In this document: positions 36,343 through 49,863 of the stretch, one piece after another
How positions within the stretch are numbered: the first letter of the stretch is position 1
How the letters are laid out: every line of letters begins with the position of its first letter
NCBI GenBank assembly: GCA_963422395.1
Contig: OY729431.1
Coordinates: 256,001-320,000 of the forward strand
Length of the DNA: 64,000 nt
Source of the DNA: Vicinamibacteria bacterium
GTDB lineage: Bacteria > Acidobacteriota > Vicinamibacteria > Marinacidobacterales > Marinacidobacteraceae
Direction: 5' to 3'
Position numbers and translations under genes: made by a program
The notes under the pieces: model-generated
Database searches by the model: none
Seen by the model: only the letters and a program-made list of their open reading frames with translations
What the model was told of the DNA's origin: nothing

Positions 36343-37794
36343 TCAGCGTGGCGGCCGTGATGGGGTTCCGGCCATCGGAGGAGTGTGCTGCAGCGCACCC
36401 TCTTCCCGCATGAAGGCTTCGATCTCTTCTACCGTGCGGGGCATGAAGTCGGTGAAGTTCTCCACGCCGTTCTCGGTGATCACCACTACATCCTCCATCC
36501 GCACATAGAGCCGCTCCTCATGGACCCAGAGCATGGGGTCCACGCTGAACACGAGGCCGCTCTCGAAGGGGCGGCTGCGGTAGCTGCCCACATCGTGCAC
36601 CGCCAATCCCACCGGGTGCGACAGGTGCCCGCGGAAGGAGAGCGCTTCCTCGGCTGCCTGTTCGTGGAGGGAATTCGTGAAGCCGAGTTCGGCGATCACC
36701 GGTGCCATTTCCTCTGCCGCGCCGTCCATGACCTGATCGGGGGTCACGCCGGGGCCGAGGCGTGAAAGAAGCGCTCCGTGATAGCGGACGATGAAGGTGT
36801 ACAGCTTCTTCTGGTCGGGGTCGAAGACCCCGTTCACCGGCCACATCCGCGCGACATCGCTCGTGTAGTAGCGGTAGTCGGGAGCATGATCCATGAGGAT
36901 CAGTTGCCCGTCCTTCAGTGCGGCGTCGTTGCGGTAGTAATGGCCGAAATAGGCATTCGTGCCCGTGGCGGTGATCGAGCGGTACCCCTCACCCTGGGAG
37001 CCGTTGATCCGGTAGATGTAGTACGCGGCGGCGTCGAGCTGGTACTCGAAGAGCCCCGGCTTCGTGGACCGCATCGCCTCCATGATGCCCATGCCCGCGA
37101 GTTCGCTGGCCCGGCGGACGAGTTCGATCTCCCGCGGCGACTTGTGGAGCCGCATGGTGTCCACGATGGGCGTGAGGTCGGCGATCGGAAACTGCGGGTA
37201 ACGCTCGCGGAGCTTGCCGACGAAGGCGCCCTCGCGCGAGGCGCGGCCGTCCCACGGGTCGGAGACTTGCGAGGCGTGGCCGATCAGATTTTCGTCGCGG
37301 CTCTGTGCCCGGCCTTCGGCAGGGCTCAGGAAGGTGTAGAGAGTGGGCGAGGGAGGCCGGAGCGCAAATCCGTAGAGCTGGCGGGCCAGCTGATCGATCG
37401 CGAAGACCGCATCCGCTCCGGTGGCCCGTATCGCCTCTTCGGCGTCCTCGGCGGAGAGCATCCGGCCCTCGCTGCGCTCCTTTCGCGGGTCGCGCCGGGG
37501 CAGGAAGAGGAGCGAGCGCCGCGCTCTTCCGTCCAGAAGGAGGTACGAGTGCGGCACTTCGATCCCGGTCAGATAGTAGAACTCGTTGGTCTGTCGGAAG
37601 ACATGGAAACCGGGCGCCGCCGGCGCGCCCTGCACGATCGCGATCGCGTCCCCGCCGATAGCGTCCATGACGCGCGCCCGGCGCTCGACGAACTCCTCGG
37701 CAGGAAAGTCGTTCTGGATCTTCGGATGATCCTGGGCGCCGGCGACGCCCGTGATCAGGGCGATCGCGGCTGTGGTGGAAAGGAAGCAACGCAT
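36343..37794 (-). CDS. Secreted Xaa-Pro aminopeptidase (M24B)
   Basis: Signal peptide, FRQTNEFYYLTG, KSPREI, MD...YTSDVARMWPVNG, SHPVGLAVHDVG and VRMED motifs. GGAG RBS. Confidence 0.9.
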   Translation of the reverse strand: MRCFLSTTAAIALITGVAGAQDHPKIQNDFPAEEFVERRARVMDAIGGDAIAIVQGAPAAPGFHVFRQTNEFYYLTGIEVPHSYLLLDGRARRSLLFLPRRDPRKERSEGRMLSAEDAEEAIRATGADAVFAIDQLARQLYGFALRPPSPTLYTFLSPAEGRAQSRDENLIGHASQVSDPWDGRASREGAFVGKLRERYPQFPIADLTPIVDTMRLHKSPREIELVRRASELAGMGIMEAMRSTKPGLFEYQLDAAAYYIYRINGSQGEGYRSITATGTNAYFGHYYRNDAALKDGQLILMDHAPDYRYYTSDVARMWPVNGVFDPDQKKLYTFIVRYHGALLSRLGPGVTPDQVMDGAAEEMAPVIAELGFTNSLHEQAAEEALSFRGHLSHPVGLAVHDVGSYRSRPFESGLVFSVDPMLWVHEERLYVRMEDVVVITENGVENFTDFMPRTVEEIEAFMREEGALQHTPPMAGTPSRPPR

Positions 37795-38098
37795 GGGGGG
37801 ACTCTCCGTGGATGAGAGTCGAATACTAGTACCTCCCGGCGGGCTGGCTGTTCCCGTGATCCTGAGCGGAGTTTTCAGGACGGACGCGTACTCCACGGTG
37901 TCCGCTCCATCGATCCACTCCGCGAAGAAAACGAAGGCGGCGTCGTTGTCGGACTCGTTAGCTGACCTAAGTGCCGGTCCGGCGAACCGGCTGGCAGATC
38001 GTCTGGCGGATCGAGTTCTGACCGTCCGGGCCGATTTCGTGCCGCCGGCGGCTTCGCGGGGAGTGAAAGGCGGCTGGGGGCGGCGATAATCCGCCTCC

Positions 38099-39163
38099 GT
38101 GTCCACGAAGCACCCTCCGGGAGGCGCCGCGAGGCTCGACTACCGCACTGCCGGAGTGGATATCGCCGAAGCCGACCGGGTGCTCGACCGCATCCGACCT
38201 CTCGTCCGCAGTACCCATCGACCCGAAGTCCTGAGCGAGGTCGGCCATTTCGGCGGATTGTTCCGGCTGGATACCGGCGAATTCCGGCGACCGGTGCTCG
38301 TGGCTTCGACCGACGGAGTGGGAACCAAGCTGCGGGTGGCGAGGGAGGCCGGTCGTCACCAGGTGCCCGGGTACGATCTCGTTTCCCACTGCATCAACGA
38401 CATCCTCGTCCAGGGTGCGGAGCCGCTCTTCTTTCTGGATTACCTGGCGATGGGGCGTCTCGATGCCGCGGTGGCGGAGGGAGTCGTTCGCGGCATCGCC
38501 GAAGCCTGTCGGGAGTTCGGAGTGGCGCTCCTCGGTGGAGAGACGGCGGAGATGCCAGGCTTCTACCCGGGGGGCGACTACGACCTCGCCGGGACCATCG
38601 TCGGCGTCGTCGAGGAACATCTCGTCGTGGACGGGAGCCGGGTGGCTTCGGGCGATGTGCTGATCGGCCTGCCGTCTTCGGGGCTCCACACGAACGGGTA
38701 CTCGCTGGCGCGCGCCATCCTGTTCGACCGTCTGGGCCTGGACATCGGGGATCTGCTGCCCGAGCTCGGCGTTCGAGCTGCCGATGCGTTGCTTGCCCCG
38801 CACCGCTGCTATCTGCCGTCGCTGCGTCCGTTGTTGCGGGAGGGGCGGTTACACGCACTGGCCCACATCACCGGCGGTGGTATCACCGGCAATCTGCCGC
38901 GGGTTTTGCCGTCCGGTGTTACGGCCGAAGTAGAGCTCTCCTCATGGAGGCTTCCGCCGCTCTTCCGCCTTCTCGCCGACGCCGGTCGGATCGCCGAACC
39001 GGAGATGCTGCGGGTCTTCAATTGCGGTGTGGGCATCGTGGCGGCGGTGGCGCCAGCCGATGAGCGTGCGGTTCTGGACTGCCTCTCCGACGGCTTCCGC
39101 CTCGGCGAGGTGTGCACCGCTTCCGGTCCGCCTTCGGTTCGCTATCGGGGCCGCCTGGAATGA
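38099..39163 (+). CDS. purM: Phosphoribosylformylglycinamidine cyclo-ligase
   Basis: AGVDI, STDGVGTKL, LLGGETAEMPG, SSGLHTNGYSL and HITGGG motifs. Confidence 0.97.
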   Translation: MSTKHPPGGAARLDYRTAGVDIAEADRVLDRIRPLVRSTHRPEVLSEVGHFGGLFRLDTGEFRRPVLVASTDGVGTKLRVAREAGRHQVPGYDLVSHCINDILVQGAEPLFFLDYLAMGRLDAAVAEGVVRGIAEACREFGVALLGGETAEMPGFYPGGDYDLAGTIVGVVEEHLVVDGSRVASGDVLIGLPSSGLHTNGYSLARAILFDRLGLDIGDLLPELGVRAADALLAPHRCYLPSLRPLLREGRLHALAHITGGGITGNLPRVLPSGVTAEVELSSWRLPPLFRLLADAGRIAEPEMLRVFNCGVGIVAAVAPADERAVLDCLSDGFRLGEVCTASGPPSVRYRGRLE

Positions 39164-39900
39164 CCTCCGCGTCGGTGCGGACGCTCCCGGCTCCCGGGCG
39201 CCGCCTCGGAGTGCTGATCTCTGGCCGCGGTTCCAACCTGCAGGCGATCCTCGATGCGATCGCCGCCGGCTCTCTCGACGCTGGTGTGGCCCTCGTGCTC
39301 AGCAATCGGCGAAAGGCGCCGGGCCTCGTCCTCGCCGAAAGAGCGGGGATTCCCACTGCGGTGCTCTCGCACCGAGCCTTCCCGGACCGCGAGTCGTACG
39401 ACCGCGCGATCCTCGAGCAGTTACGCGAGCATCGAGTACAGGTGGTATGTCTGGCGGGCTTCCTGCGGATCCTCTCCCCGGTCCTGATCCGCGCCTTCTC
39501 GAACCGAATCCTGAACATCCACCCCTCACTGCTCCCCGCTTTCCGCGGCCTCCATGCTCAGACTCAGGCATTAGAACATGGAGTCCGCGTGTCCGGCGCC
39601 ACGGTGCACCTGGTGGACGAGCATCTCGATCACGGTCCGATCTTGCTTCAGGAAGTGGCCCCGGTCCGTGATGAGGACACTCCGGAAACGCTCGCGGAAC
39701 GCATTCTCGCTCTCGAACATCGCCTCTACCCCCGGGCTATCGGGCTTCTGCTCGACGGCGGGCTGCGGCTCGAAGGCCGCCGGCTGCTGCTGCCGTTGAA
39801 AACCCGGAGCGCCGCCGGCGAGGAGCCGTCGGTCGTCGCCCGCGCCGTGCAGCCGGGTAGAAGCCATTGGGACCTGGCAAGCCCGGGACCGCCCCCATGA
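39160..39900 (+). CDS. purN: Phosphoribosylglycinamide formyltransferase
   Basis: VLISGRGSNLQA, LAGFLRIL, NIHPSLLPAF and GATVHLVDEHLDHGPI motifs. Confidence 0.97.
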   Translation: MTSASVRTLPAPGRRLGVLISGRGSNLQAILDAIAAGSLDAGVALVLSNRRKAPGLVLAERAGIPTAVLSHRAFPDRESYDRAILEQLREHRVQVVCLAGFLRILSPVLIRAFSNRILNIHPSLLPAFRGLHAQTQALEHGVRVSGATVHLVDEHLDHGPILLQEVAPVRDEDTPETLAERILALEHRLYPRAIGLLLDGGLRLEGRRLLLPLKTRSAAGEEPSVVARAVQPGRSHWDLASPGPPP

Positions 39901-41126
39901 GCATCGAAGCGGCTGCTGCCGAGCAGATCGCTCTCCTCGAGAAGGGGGCAGAGCGCATCGAGCCGCGGGACGGATTGCGCGAAATGGTCGTCCGGTCGAT
40001 CCGTTCGGGCGAGCCGCTCCGGGTGAAAGTGGGCTTCGACCCGTCGGCCCCCGACCTCCATCTCGGGCACACCGTGGTCCTGCGAAAGATGAAGCACTTT
40101 CAGGATTTCGGACACGAGGTCTGGTTCGTGATCGGCGACTTCACCGGCATGATCGGCGATCCGAGCGGGCGTTCGAAAACCCGCCCCCAGCTCACTCCGA
40201 AGCAGATCGAAGCGAACGCCGAGACCTACCGGGAACAGGTCTTCAAGATCCTCGATCCCCACCAGACGGTGGTGGCCTTCAACAGTTCGTGGCTCTCGAA
40301 GCTCGGCAGCGATGGCTTGATCCGATTGGCCTCACGCTACACGGTGGCGAGAATGCTCGAGCGGGACGACTTCGACCGGCGGTTTCGCGCCGGACAGCCG
40401 ATCTCGGTCCATGAATTCCTGTACCCGCTCGCCCAAGCGTACGATTCGGTCGCCGTGAAGGCCGATTTCGAACTCGGCGGAACCGACCAACTCTTCAATC
40501 TGCTCGTCGGCCGCCACATCATGCGAGAGTACGGTCTCGCTCCTCAGGTGGTGCTCACCATGCCGCTGCTCGAAGGCTTGAGCGGAATCCAGAAGATGTC
40601 GAAGAGTCTCGACAACGCCGTCGGGGTCACCGATCCTGCGGACGAAATGTTCGGCAAGCTCATGTCCATCAGCGACCCGCTCGCCTTCCGCTATTACGAA
40701 CTCCTCACGGACTGCTCGCCGGCGGAGATCGAAACCCTCCGCAAGCGGGTGGAGGACGGCTCTATCCACCCGCGGGACGCCAAGCAGGATCTCGCGGTGT
40801 CCATCGTCTCCGACTTTCATTCCGCCGCTGCCGCTGCCGCCGCGCGGGACCGCTTCGCGGCCGTCTTTCGGCGGGGTGCGATCCCCGACGAAATCCCTTC
40901 TTTCCCGATGCCTGGGCCGCTCCGGGTGATCGAGTTGCTGAGGGCCACCGAGCTGGCGGCGAGCCGCAGTGAGGGCCGCCGACTGCTGGCACAAGGGGCG
41001 GTCTCGATCGACGGACAACGCGTCTTCGAGGACGGTACCGTCGAGGCGCCTCCGAAGGGCGTGGTGCTGCGGGTCGGGAAACGCCGGTTCGTCCGGATAG
41101 TCCCGGCCTCTCGCTCCCGCTCTTGA
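39897..41126 (+). CDS. tyrS: Tyrosine--tRNA ligase
   Basis: GFDPSAPDLHLGH, ELGGTDQLFN, KMSKS and a C-terminal S4 domain. Confidence 0.97.
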   Translation: MSIEAAAAEQIALLEKGAERIEPRDGLREMVVRSIRSGEPLRVKVGFDPSAPDLHLGHTVVLRKMKHFQDFGHEVWFVIGDFTGMIGDPSGRSKTRPQLTPKQIEANAETYREQVFKILDPHQTVVAFNSSWLSKLGSDGLIRLASRYTVARMLERDDFDRRFRAGQPISVHEFLYPLAQAYDSVAVKADFELGGTDQLFNLLVGRHIMREYGLAPQVVLTMPLLEGLSGIQKMSKSLDNAVGVTDPADEMFGKLMSISDPLAFRYYELLTDCSPAEIETLRKRVEDGSIHPRDAKQDLAVSIVSDFHSAAAAAAARDRFAAVFRRGAIPDEIPSFPMPGPLRVIELLRATELAASRSEGRRLLAQGAVSIDGQRVFEDGTVEAPPKGVVLRVGKRRFVRIVPASRSRS

Positions 41127-41169
41127 CGCGGCCGGCCGGCCGCGGTCCTTGCGGTCGGCAGGTTGCAAG

Positions 41170-41198
41170 TTGACCGGGTCGAGCGGTAGGTGTAGACT
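41170..41198 (+). promoter_or_regulatory. Sigma70-type rrn promoter
   Basis: TTGACC, a 17-bp spacer, then TAGACT, upstream of the 16S leader. Confidence 0.75.
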
Positions 41199-41425
41199 GC
41201 CTTCTTCGCCCCGCGGGGCCTTCCGGTTCACTTTCAACAAGGCAGAGCGAGCTCAGTCGAGCGAGCAAACTCAAATCTATTCGAACATCAGGTCGAACTC
41301 GACGACCGTCGGTGGCGGAGTCCGTTTCGGGCTTCTTTCATGATCTATCCGAGGGGTGCTACCCCTTGGCTCATGCAGCCGGCGTGGAACACTTTTTCGG
41401 AACCTCTTCGGAGGTTTTGAATTTT

Positions 41426-42987
<1,562 letters not shown>

Positions 42988-43185
42988 TTAGAATCCCCCA
43001 CCCCGTAACTCACTGGGGTGTTGTTTTTTCGGAAACAGACGATGATGCATCGTTCGGCGAAGCGGAATTTTTCGTAAGTCGGCGAAGCGAACTGGGGTAT
43101 TCAGGTCAATCTCGTATTGATTTGAGCTCGTCTCTGCTGAACCGGGAGTTTTTCGGGAGCACGTCGCGCCTGCCTCGATGCGGCT

Positions 43186-43262
<77 letters not shown>

Positions 43263-43289
43263 CCGACGGCGGCGACAGTCCGGATCTTC

Positions 43290-43362
43290 GGGGAATTAGC
43301 TCAGTCGGGAGAGCGCCTGCCTTGCACGCAGGAGGTCACCGGTTCGAGCCCGGTATTCTCCA
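43290..43362 (+). tRNA. tRNA-Ala(TGC)
   Basis: GGGGAAT/ATTCTCC acceptor stem with G3:U70 and CT-TGC-AC loop. CCA is not encoded. Confidence 0.98.
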
Positions 43363-43568
43363 CAGTCCGCAGTTCGATTCGTGCGTTGATTCCTTCTCTG
43401 TCCTTTCGACGGGGAGAGGTGTGCCCATCCCGAATCGCATTCGGCCTCCGGATTTCCGGAGGTCTACTGACTATCAACGGAAGCGTCTGGCAATTTTACA
43501 AGGTGCATTTAGCGCCATGTGGCACTGGACCGCGTTCTGCGTTCCTCTTGAGGAACGCATACTGTCGT

Positions 43569-46560
<2,992 letters not shown>

Positions 46561-46691
46561 CACGCAGGGCCGCGTTTCGCGGCTTCTTGCGTAGTTGTTG
46601 TCTGGCCACTGCGCGAATCACCTCGTATGTTCCTGGTATATGGAACATCACGCTGGACGCTTCCCCAATTCATCCACAACGGATCGATTTG

Positions 46692-46809
46692 TCCCGGTGA
46701 CCCGAGCGGAGGGGCCACACCCGTTCCCATTCCGAACACGGCAGTAAAGTCCTCCAGCGCCGATGGTACTGCAGTGGAAACGCTGTGGGAGAGTAGGTCG
46801 TCGCCGGGA
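46692..46809 (+). rRNA. rrf: 5S rRNA
   Basis: TCCCGGTGAC...CCCATTCCGAACAC...GGGAGAGTAGG...GTCGCCGGGA. Confidence 0.98.
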
Positions 46810-46811
46810 CT

Positions 46812-46844
46812 CGCTCCGCCCTTCGTACAATGAGGGGTGGAGTG
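46812..46844 (+). terminator. Hairpin after 5S (weak terminator candidate, no U-tract)
   Basis: CGCTCCGCCCTTCG-TACAA-TGAGGGGTGGAGTG forms 14 bp including G:U pairs. Confidence 0.45.
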
Positions 46845-46849
46845 TTCCG

Positions 46850-48868
46850 ATGAGATCCAGCCCTCGGCATCCGGTGCCGTCCGTCGGCGCCCAACCCGAA
46901 CCGGATCACCGCCCGGCTGCGGGTTCTCGCATCAGACGACTTCCCGCAGCAGTTCTGTTCGCGCTCGCCGCCACTCCCGCGGGAGCAGCTCCGGGGGAGC
47001 AGGCAGCAGCGCAAGGGCCCGCCCGTTTCGAGGTGGAGGCGCCGCGCGTCGTCCTCGTCGGCGTGCCGTTCGAGCTGGTGGTCCATCCCCGCTCTTCCGC
47101 AGACGAAGAGGCGGCGGCGTATTCCGGCACTCCGCTCCTCGTCGGGGTGGTCCATGAAGGAGTGACTCGCCGCAGCGACGGCGCTTTCGTCTTCTCCGGA
47201 GTCACCGCGCCGGAGACGGGGCGGGTCGAGGTCTCCGTGGGCGACGGAGACATACGCGGATTTACGGCCACCCGGGCCATTCCGGCCTGGCTGTCGATCG
47301 CACCGCCGGTAGTCGCCATCCTGCTCGCCATCGCCTTCCGCCAGGTTGTGATCGCGCTGATCGCAGGCATCTGGGTCGGCAGCACGCTGCTGCTGAATTT
47401 CAATCCATTGGCGGGATTCTTCGAAGTCGCAAGCCGCTTCGTCATCGATGCGGTGACCGATCGCGACCGCGCCCACATCATCGTGTTCAGCCTCATGTTC
47501 GGGGGCCTGGCCGGCATCTTGTCGCGCAGCGGCGGGGCGCGCGGCTTCGCCGAACTCATCACCCGCTTCGCCAAGACGGCGCGTCGCGGGCAGGTCAGCG
47601 CCATGCTCATGGCTCTCATCGTTTTCTTCGACGATTATGCGAATGTGATCATCCGGGGAAACTTGATGCGGCCGATCACCGACGGGCTGCGGGTCTCCCG
47701 GGAAAAATTGGCATTCCTCACCGACACCGGTGCGGCTTCGGTGGCGAGTACGGTCGTCGTCTCGACATGGGTCGGCTACGAGGTAGGCCTCATAGACCAG
47801 GGGCTCACCCTCATCGATTACCCGGAAGACGGATATTCGGTCTTCCTCCGCACCATTCCCTATCGCTTCTATCCGTTCTTCTCGTTCGCGCTGGCGCTGG
47901 CCGTCGGATTCTGGGGCCGGGATTTCGGGCCCATGCGCGCTGCCGAGCGCCGCGCCCGCGAAAGGAACGAACCGCTCCGCCCGGGCTCCGATCCTGCGAC
48001 CGAGGCCCTCGACGAGGATCCCGCAGTAGCCGCCGTTTCTCGCGGCCTTTGGATCTGCGGCCTGATCCCGATCGCCGCCGTGCTCATCGTCGCCGGCGCC
48101 GGGATCTGGTTCACCGGTTCCCAGGCGCTCGCTGCCGCCGGAACGGCCGACTTCGGACTGCACGAAGTGGTAACGAACTCGGACTCCTATGTTTCCCTGC
48201 TCTGGGCGGCTCTCGCCGGTTGCGTAGCCGGCATCGTGCTCTCCGTCGCCCGCCGGACCCTGACCCTGACGAGCGCGATCGGCGCCTGGGTGGCGGGGCT
48301 GAAATCCATGGTGCTCGCGGTGGTGATCCTCGTTCTCGCCTGGAGCATCGGCGATGTGACCGCCGAGCTGCACGCCGCTCGATACCTCGTGCAGGCCTTG
48401 CAGGATGTGCTGAGTCCGACGCTGCTCCCGACGCTGACCTTCATCGTCGCGGGACTGATGGCCTTTGCCACTGGGACCAGCTGGGCGACGATGGCGGTGA
48501 TGATGCCGCTCGTGATCCCACTTTCCCACGCGCTCACCACTGGGGCCGGGCTCGCTCCGGCGGTCTCCGATCCGCTGCTGATGGGCGTGGTGGGGGCCGT
48601 GCTCGCCGGCGCTGTTTTCGGGGACCACTGTTCCCCGATTTCCGACACTACGGTGCTCAGCTCGATGGCCTCGGCCTGCGATCACCTCGACCATGTGAAG
48701 ACCCAGCTTCCCTACGCGCTCGTCGCGGCGGGAATCGCCGTCGTCCTCGGCATCCTTCCGACCAGCTTCGGACTGTCACCCTGGCTCGCTCTGCTCGTCG
48801 GAGTCGCCGGCGCGGTGCTCGTGGTTCGCCTGGCTGGAACCCGTATCGAGGAGGAGAACATCCATTGA
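46850..48868 (+). CDS. NhaC-family transporter with an N-terminal extracytoplasmic domain
   Basis: WLSIAPPVVAI, FFDDYAN, SREKLAF, YRFYP, AFATGTSW and GAVFGDHCSPISDTTVLSS...HVKTQLPY motifs. Confidence 0.92.
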   Translation: MRSSPRHPVPSVGAQPEPDHRPAAGSRIRRLPAAVLFALAATPAGAAPGEQAAAQGPARFEVEAPRVVLVGVPFELVVHPRSSADEEAAAYSGTPLLVGVVHEGVTRRSDGAFVFSGVTAPETGRVEVSVGDGDIRGFTATRAIPAWLSIAPPVVAILLAIAFRQVVIALIAGIWVGSTLLLNFNPLAGFFEVASRFVIDAVTDRDRAHIIVFSLMFGGLAGILSRSGGARGFAELITRFAKTARRGQVSAMLMALIVFFDDYANVIIRGNLMRPITDGLRVSREKLAFLTDTGAASVASTVVVSTWVGYEVGLIDQGLTLIDYPEDGYSVFLRTIPYRFYPFFSFALALAVGFWGRDFGPMRAAERRARERNEPLRPGSDPATEALDEDPAVAAVSRGLWICGLIPIAAVLIVAGAGIWFTGSQALAAAGTADFGLHEVVTNSDSYVSLLWAALAGCVAGIVLSVARRTLTLTSAIGAWVAGLKSMVLAVVILVLAWSIGDVTAELHAARYLVQALQDVLSPTLLPTLTFIVAGLMAFATGTSWATMAVMMPLVIPLSHALTTGAGLAPAVSDPLLMGVVGAVLAGAVFGDHCSPISDTTVLSSMASACDHLDHVKTQLPYALVAAGIAVVLGILPTSFGLSPWLALLVGVAGAVLVVRLAGTRIEEENIH

Positions 48869-49863
48869 AGAGCCGACGACTCGGCGCCACCGGCCTCGAG
48901 GTCAGCCGCCTCGCCCTGGGGTGTATGACCTACGGAGACCCGAAGTGGCGCTCCTGGATTCTCGACGAGGCGGCGGCGCGCAGCCACATCCGCCGAGCGC
49001 TCGATCTGGGCATCAACTTTTTCGATACCGCCGACATGTATTCGCGCGGGGTCAGTGAGGAAATCACCGGCAGACTGCTCCGGGAGATGGCGGCCCGGGA
49101 AGACATCGTGCTCGCCACCAAGGTGTTCTTTCCGCTGCGGGAGGGGCCGAATCGCAGAGGTCTCTCGAAGAAGCACATCCTGGCTGCCTGCGACGATTCG
49201 CTCCGTCGTCTGGGCCTCGACTACATAGACCTCTACCAGATTCACCGTTTCGATCCCGAAACTCCGATCGAGGAGACGATCGCAGCCCTCGATTCCCTGG
49301 TGACCGCGGGCAAGGTGCGCTATCTGGGAGCAAGCAGCATGGCTGCCTGGCAATTCGCACAGATGCTCCATACCGCCGACGCCATGGAAGCCGCCCGGTT
49401 CGTTTCGATGCAGAATCACCTGAACCTCGTGTATCGCGAGGAGGAACGGGAAATGGTGCCGCTCTGCCTCGAAGAGGGTGTCGGAATGATCCCGTGGAGC
49501 CCGCTGGCGCGCGGGTTCCTCGCCGGAAACCGAACCCGCGCCCGTCGGGATCCCACCCCCCGCGCGAAGGACGATCCTTACGCCGAGCGGCTGTATTTCG
49601 AGGAAGCCGATTACCGAGTACTGGACACGCTTCTCGAGGTCTCGCAGCAACTGGGAGAAGAGCCGGCGAAAGTGGCGCTGGCCTGGCTCCTGTCGGTGCC
49701 CGGAGTGGATTCGGCCATCGTGGGGGCGACGCGGATCGAACAGCTCGAGGAACTCAGTGAGGCAGTGGACCTGATCCTCGATGCGGAGACGATCGCAGCG
49801 CTCGAGGCGCCCTATGTCCCCCACCCGGTGCTGGGCCACGAGCAGCCGACGCCGCGGGGCTGA
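48865..49863 (+). CDS. Aldo/keto reductase
   Basis: GGAGGA RBS and TTG start. LGCMTYG, FFDTADMYS, LATKV, DLYQIHRFD and PWSPLARG motifs. Confidence 0.93.
   Translation: MKSRRLGATGLEVSRLALGCMTYGDPKWRSWILDEAAARSHIRRALDLGINFFDTADMYSRGVSEEITGRLLREMAAREDIVLATKVFFPLREGPNRRGLSKKHILAACDDSLRRLGLDYIDLYQIHRFDPETPIEETIAALDSLVTAGKVRYLGASSMAAWQFAQMLHTADAMEAARFVSMQNHLNLVYREEEREMVPLCLEEGVGMIPWSPLARGFLAGNRTRARRDPTPRAKDDPYAERLYFEEADYRVLDTLLEVSQQLGEEPAKVALAWLLSVPGVDSAIVGATRIEQLEELSEAVDLILDAETIAALEAPYVPHPVLGHEQPTPRG

Noticed and set aside
36520-36550. FSVDP instead of ...EP at one M24 metal ligand
   Set aside because: This is a conservative Glu-to-Asp change and the other ligands are intact, so it is not enough to claim novelty.
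37920-37965. ANESDNDAAFVFFA resembling a tmRNA tag peptide
   Set aside because: No stop follows the peptide and there are no tRNA-like flanking domains.
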